The position numbers and the translations under genes were made by a program. 64,000 nucleotides of DNA from Daphnia carinata (lineage: Eukaryota), in assembly GCF_022539665.2 (NCBI RefSeq), contig NC_081333.1, positions 5,270,001 through 5,334,000 of the forward strand. Direction: 5' to 3'. Shown in pieces: positions 61,025-64,000 of this stretch. A model generated the notes under the pieces. That model was not told the origin of the DNA and made no database searches. It saw nothing but the letters and a program-made list of their open reading frames with translations. Each line of letters begins with the position of its first letter. The stretch's first letter is position 1.

Positions 61025-64000
61025 TGTAGCGCCAATGGACTTTGTCGCCTATCGCGCGATGATAGGCGATCCGCAAGTCAACCATTGGCTAGCATTTGTC
61101 GCTCTGACCGGATGTCGGGAGCTTTAAAACCCCGACTCTGACAAGTCACAGCAGTTCAGTTCAGTTCAGTTAGCAGTCGCGTTAGTTGAAGTAGTTGAGT
61201 TGTTGTGCAGTAGTCGATCTGTAGCCTGTCGTCTAGTGTGTTTTGGTGTACTGCATATTGTCTACGTGTCAATACAAGCCTTAACCCAGTGAAACTGTTA
61301 CATGGTGGAGATGCTCCTGCGTTCTTAACTGGTCAGTTGGACGTTTAACTCAGGTAGGCGTTTGTTGTGAGGGGTCTCTGGAAGTCGAACTCAGCAATTT
61401 ATTGTTGGGCACGAGGCCACAACAACGGTCTGATAGAACGTGTGATTGACAGTGAGTCGCGGTGGGTCCTCGCTTTGATGTCACACGGGAGAGGTGTGAT
61501 TCCAGACGCTGGGGAAAGGAGTCGTAGACGAGCAGCTGAAGAGGCGGCGAAGGCGATTCAGACCTATTACACGGGTTTGAGGCCAACGACACTTCTAAGT
61601 GCAGTAGCACGAGCTTCGGTGAGATTACAGGAGGCAGGTGCAACATCAGTGCGGTCTAAGGGGCGATCAAGAAGCCCCCTGGTGAGGTGAGTGAGCTTAC
61701 TTTCGGGCAGAGAGGTGCGTGTGTAGCCGAAAAGGTATCCCAACAAGGAAGTGTCCCAGATTTGACGCAGTTTGAGTTGGATTCCGAACAACAGGGTGAG
61801 GAATTCGTGGAGGCTCAGAGTCACCAGGTTTTCGAGAATCAAGAAACCAGCTGGGCTGCGGAAAAAGGGGAATACGAGCCGACGGTGGCATACGAGCATC
61901 GTGATGGTGCCCGTGTGGTTAGCAGCGCGGTCGACACACGAACCGGAGCGGGAGAAGAGGAGCGACAGGAAGAGTGAGTTGTCGACCGAGACCGGAATTG
62001 CATACGCGACGACCGGAGGTGGACGACGCTGCGTCGCACATCCCGCAAGTAGCAGGACCCGTAAGCCAGGAAAGGATCGAAATACAAGCCATTCCGGCGG
62101 AAAGCAGGCAGCGGAAGGTGGACGCCGTTAGCAGCGATCAGGGTCGCGAGTTCAGCGGACTATTGCGACGAATTCGCTCGCGACGCAAGAGACGGTGACG
62201 GAAAACCAGGAAGGGGCGCGTCCAGTGTCAATGCAAGCGGAAGGCGCTGGTGACAGAAGAAGCACGGTTGGCGTGGAAGCCGACACCACTGGTATCACCG
62301 AGAGATCGTCAAATGCTGATAGTGAGCAGTTGTCGAGAGAAGAACGCGACGCGGCGGAAGAGCGAAGAGCTGACTTTGGAAGAAGAAGCCTGCGCGAAGG
62401 CCTACGACCTCGAGCGTCTAGCACGCCGCACGCAGCGGTGTTGGTCAGGCAAGAAAGAAGTGGACTTAGTGTCGGGGATTCACCAAGGCGACAGTCCATA
62501 GCTCAGGAAGAGGAACTAGCTTGGGATCCTTTTCTGGCAGAGGAGGGGGACATGGCGGAAAGGCCGATCTTCCAGTATAAGGAGCTGGAGAAATTCCGCG
62601 GCACGGCGAAGGAAAATGCTGTGGAGTGGATTGATCGATTTGAAAGGATCGGTCGCCACAACAGATGGACCAATAATGACTTGGCAAGAGTGATAGACGT
62701 GTCGCTCGAGGGGAACGGCCTATAAATGGATTGTAGGCCTTGAGGCGCGGAACACGCGTCCGGAGCACTGGGAAGACCGAAGAGAGAGATTCGTGGCGGA
62801 GCAAGGGCAGCCAGCGCGCGAGAGGCAAGTACCTGGACTCAAGTCGTTGTTTTTGAAGCAGTTTGTTGCGGTAAACTTGAAGCGACAAATGGGGAGGAAG
62901 CTGCGGATGAGAGTCCAAGGGAAAGAAGAAGACATAACGGAGTATTACCACGACGTTATGGATTTGTGCCGTATCGTGCAACCGGATATGGCGAAAGAAG
63001 TTTGCATTGACCATCTGTTCAGGGGGTTAAGCCCAGCGCTTTACGAAAGGCTGTACGTGCTCGGAATAACGACCGGAGAGGAGTTTTTGGAAAAAGCAAG
63101 ACTCCATGCAGATGCTGTGAAAACGGCCAATGAAAGAGGCTATGAAGATGTGCGCCGGGAAAATGAGAAAGCTGCCATCGGGGGAGTAGGCTTTGACAAG
63201 ATGCAAGAGCTCCAGCGGCAGATACAGGAGCTGCGCGATGAGCTGGCCAAGGCGAGAGGGCCGTCGGGAAAGAAAAACATCGACGGTGAAAAAAATGAAA
63301 ATAACCGGAAGCCGAAGAAGAGGAACCCATTCCGATGTTATAATTGCGATGAAGAAGGACATATCGCAAGGAATTGTCCAAAGGAAAAGAAGCGAGACGG
63401 CACGCCAAAGCCTACAAAGCCTACGCAGCCGGAGGGGGTGAAGCCAAAAGCAGCCTGTGCTGTGATTGGCGGAGAGCAGAGCCAATCAAATGGAGCGGCC
63501 AATGGCGGCGATCAGCAGCCCACCGAAGAAAATTGATTGGTGGATGCCCCGTTGAAGCTTTAGTGGACACGGGAGCGGTAATTTCTGTAATTACGCCGTC
63601 ATTAACAAGCAAATTGAAGTTGAAAATTACCCCATGGGATGGACCCATGGTGGTGACAGCTGATGGACAACCGATGCAACCAAGTTGCCCTGGCGGTGAG
63701 AAATAAGAACACGTCGGTGGAAGAGGAAGCTGTCGTGCTGAAAACTTTTGGACCCGACTTCATCTTGGGAAGGAATTTGTTGAAGCTCTTTAAGGAATTG
63801 AAGATCTGCTTTAGCAGCCCTCCGACAGTGGAGCTTGGGGCGATCGACATTGGAGCAGCCGGAGGAGGAGATGCCTTAAGGAAAGTGACCGCAACAGTGC
63901 GTGTCACGGTGCCGAAAAGGAGTGCTGTGCCCGTAAAGGTGTCGATCCCGGAGGGAGGAAGTAAAGACGCAATTATGCTCCTCCGCCCGTCGAAGAAGCT
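61025..64000 (+). mobile_element. Gypsy LTR retrotransposon, 5' part (LTR 61025-61302, PBS, gag, protease); continues past the window
   Basis: TGTAGC...GTTACA LTR; gag FRGTAKENAVEWIDRFE and RVQGKEEDITEY; CYNCDEEGHIARNC; protease ALVDTGA; frameshifts at ~62720 and ~63690. Confidence 0.93.
61303..61314 (+). promoter_or_regulatory. PBS complementary to tRNA-Ala
   Basis: TGGTGGAGATGC directly after the LTR. Confidence 0.85.

Noticed and set aside
61350..62200. Overlapping ORFs in the Gypsy leader
   Set aside because: GC-rich leader with open frames on both strands and no recognisable domains.
1..64000. CRISPR array or prokaryotic defence operon
   Set aside because: There is no regularly spaced repeat-spacer array. 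The content is eukaryotic (spliceosomal introns, LTR/LINE/DIRS elements).

Overview
Eukaryotic, AT-rich, transposon-dense DNA with short GT-AG introns. The element and gene families suggest a Daphnia-like crustacean (inference only). No prokaryotic operons, rRNA or CRISPR arrays were seen. The window is a nest of mostly degraded mobile elements. LTR elements: a BEL/Pao 5' end (1-1288, -), a near full-length BEL/Pao element (18246-26912), two env-like LTR retroelement remnants (1293-~5260; 18030-18245 + 26913-28558), two Gypsy elements (34953-39420 -, 61025-end +) and solo LTRs. Other elements: an RNase H-bearing LINE, hAT, MULE-SWIM-Ulp1, KDZ/Zisupton-type and pogo transposase remnants, several MITEs, and a DIRS1-type retrotransposon with intact ITR/ICR ends (42441-47269). 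Pseudogenised host-gene fragments lie in between (ATRX, ZSWIM4/5/6, MIB2, MAK16, a Tyr/Thr-repeat secreted protein). The most striking item is an intact, intronless 485-aa ankyrin-repeat ORF between an env-like membrane anchor and a PPT/3' LTR start, which looks like accessory cargo of a retrovirus-like element. Also notable: a shared C-x3-H-x7-GxGxxWxDL env-tail motif in two diverged elements, a Gypsy Gag with an N-terminal CXC domain, and a BEL element with a second Gag zinc-knuckle module after integrase. All family assignments come from motif recognition by eye; no database searches were run.
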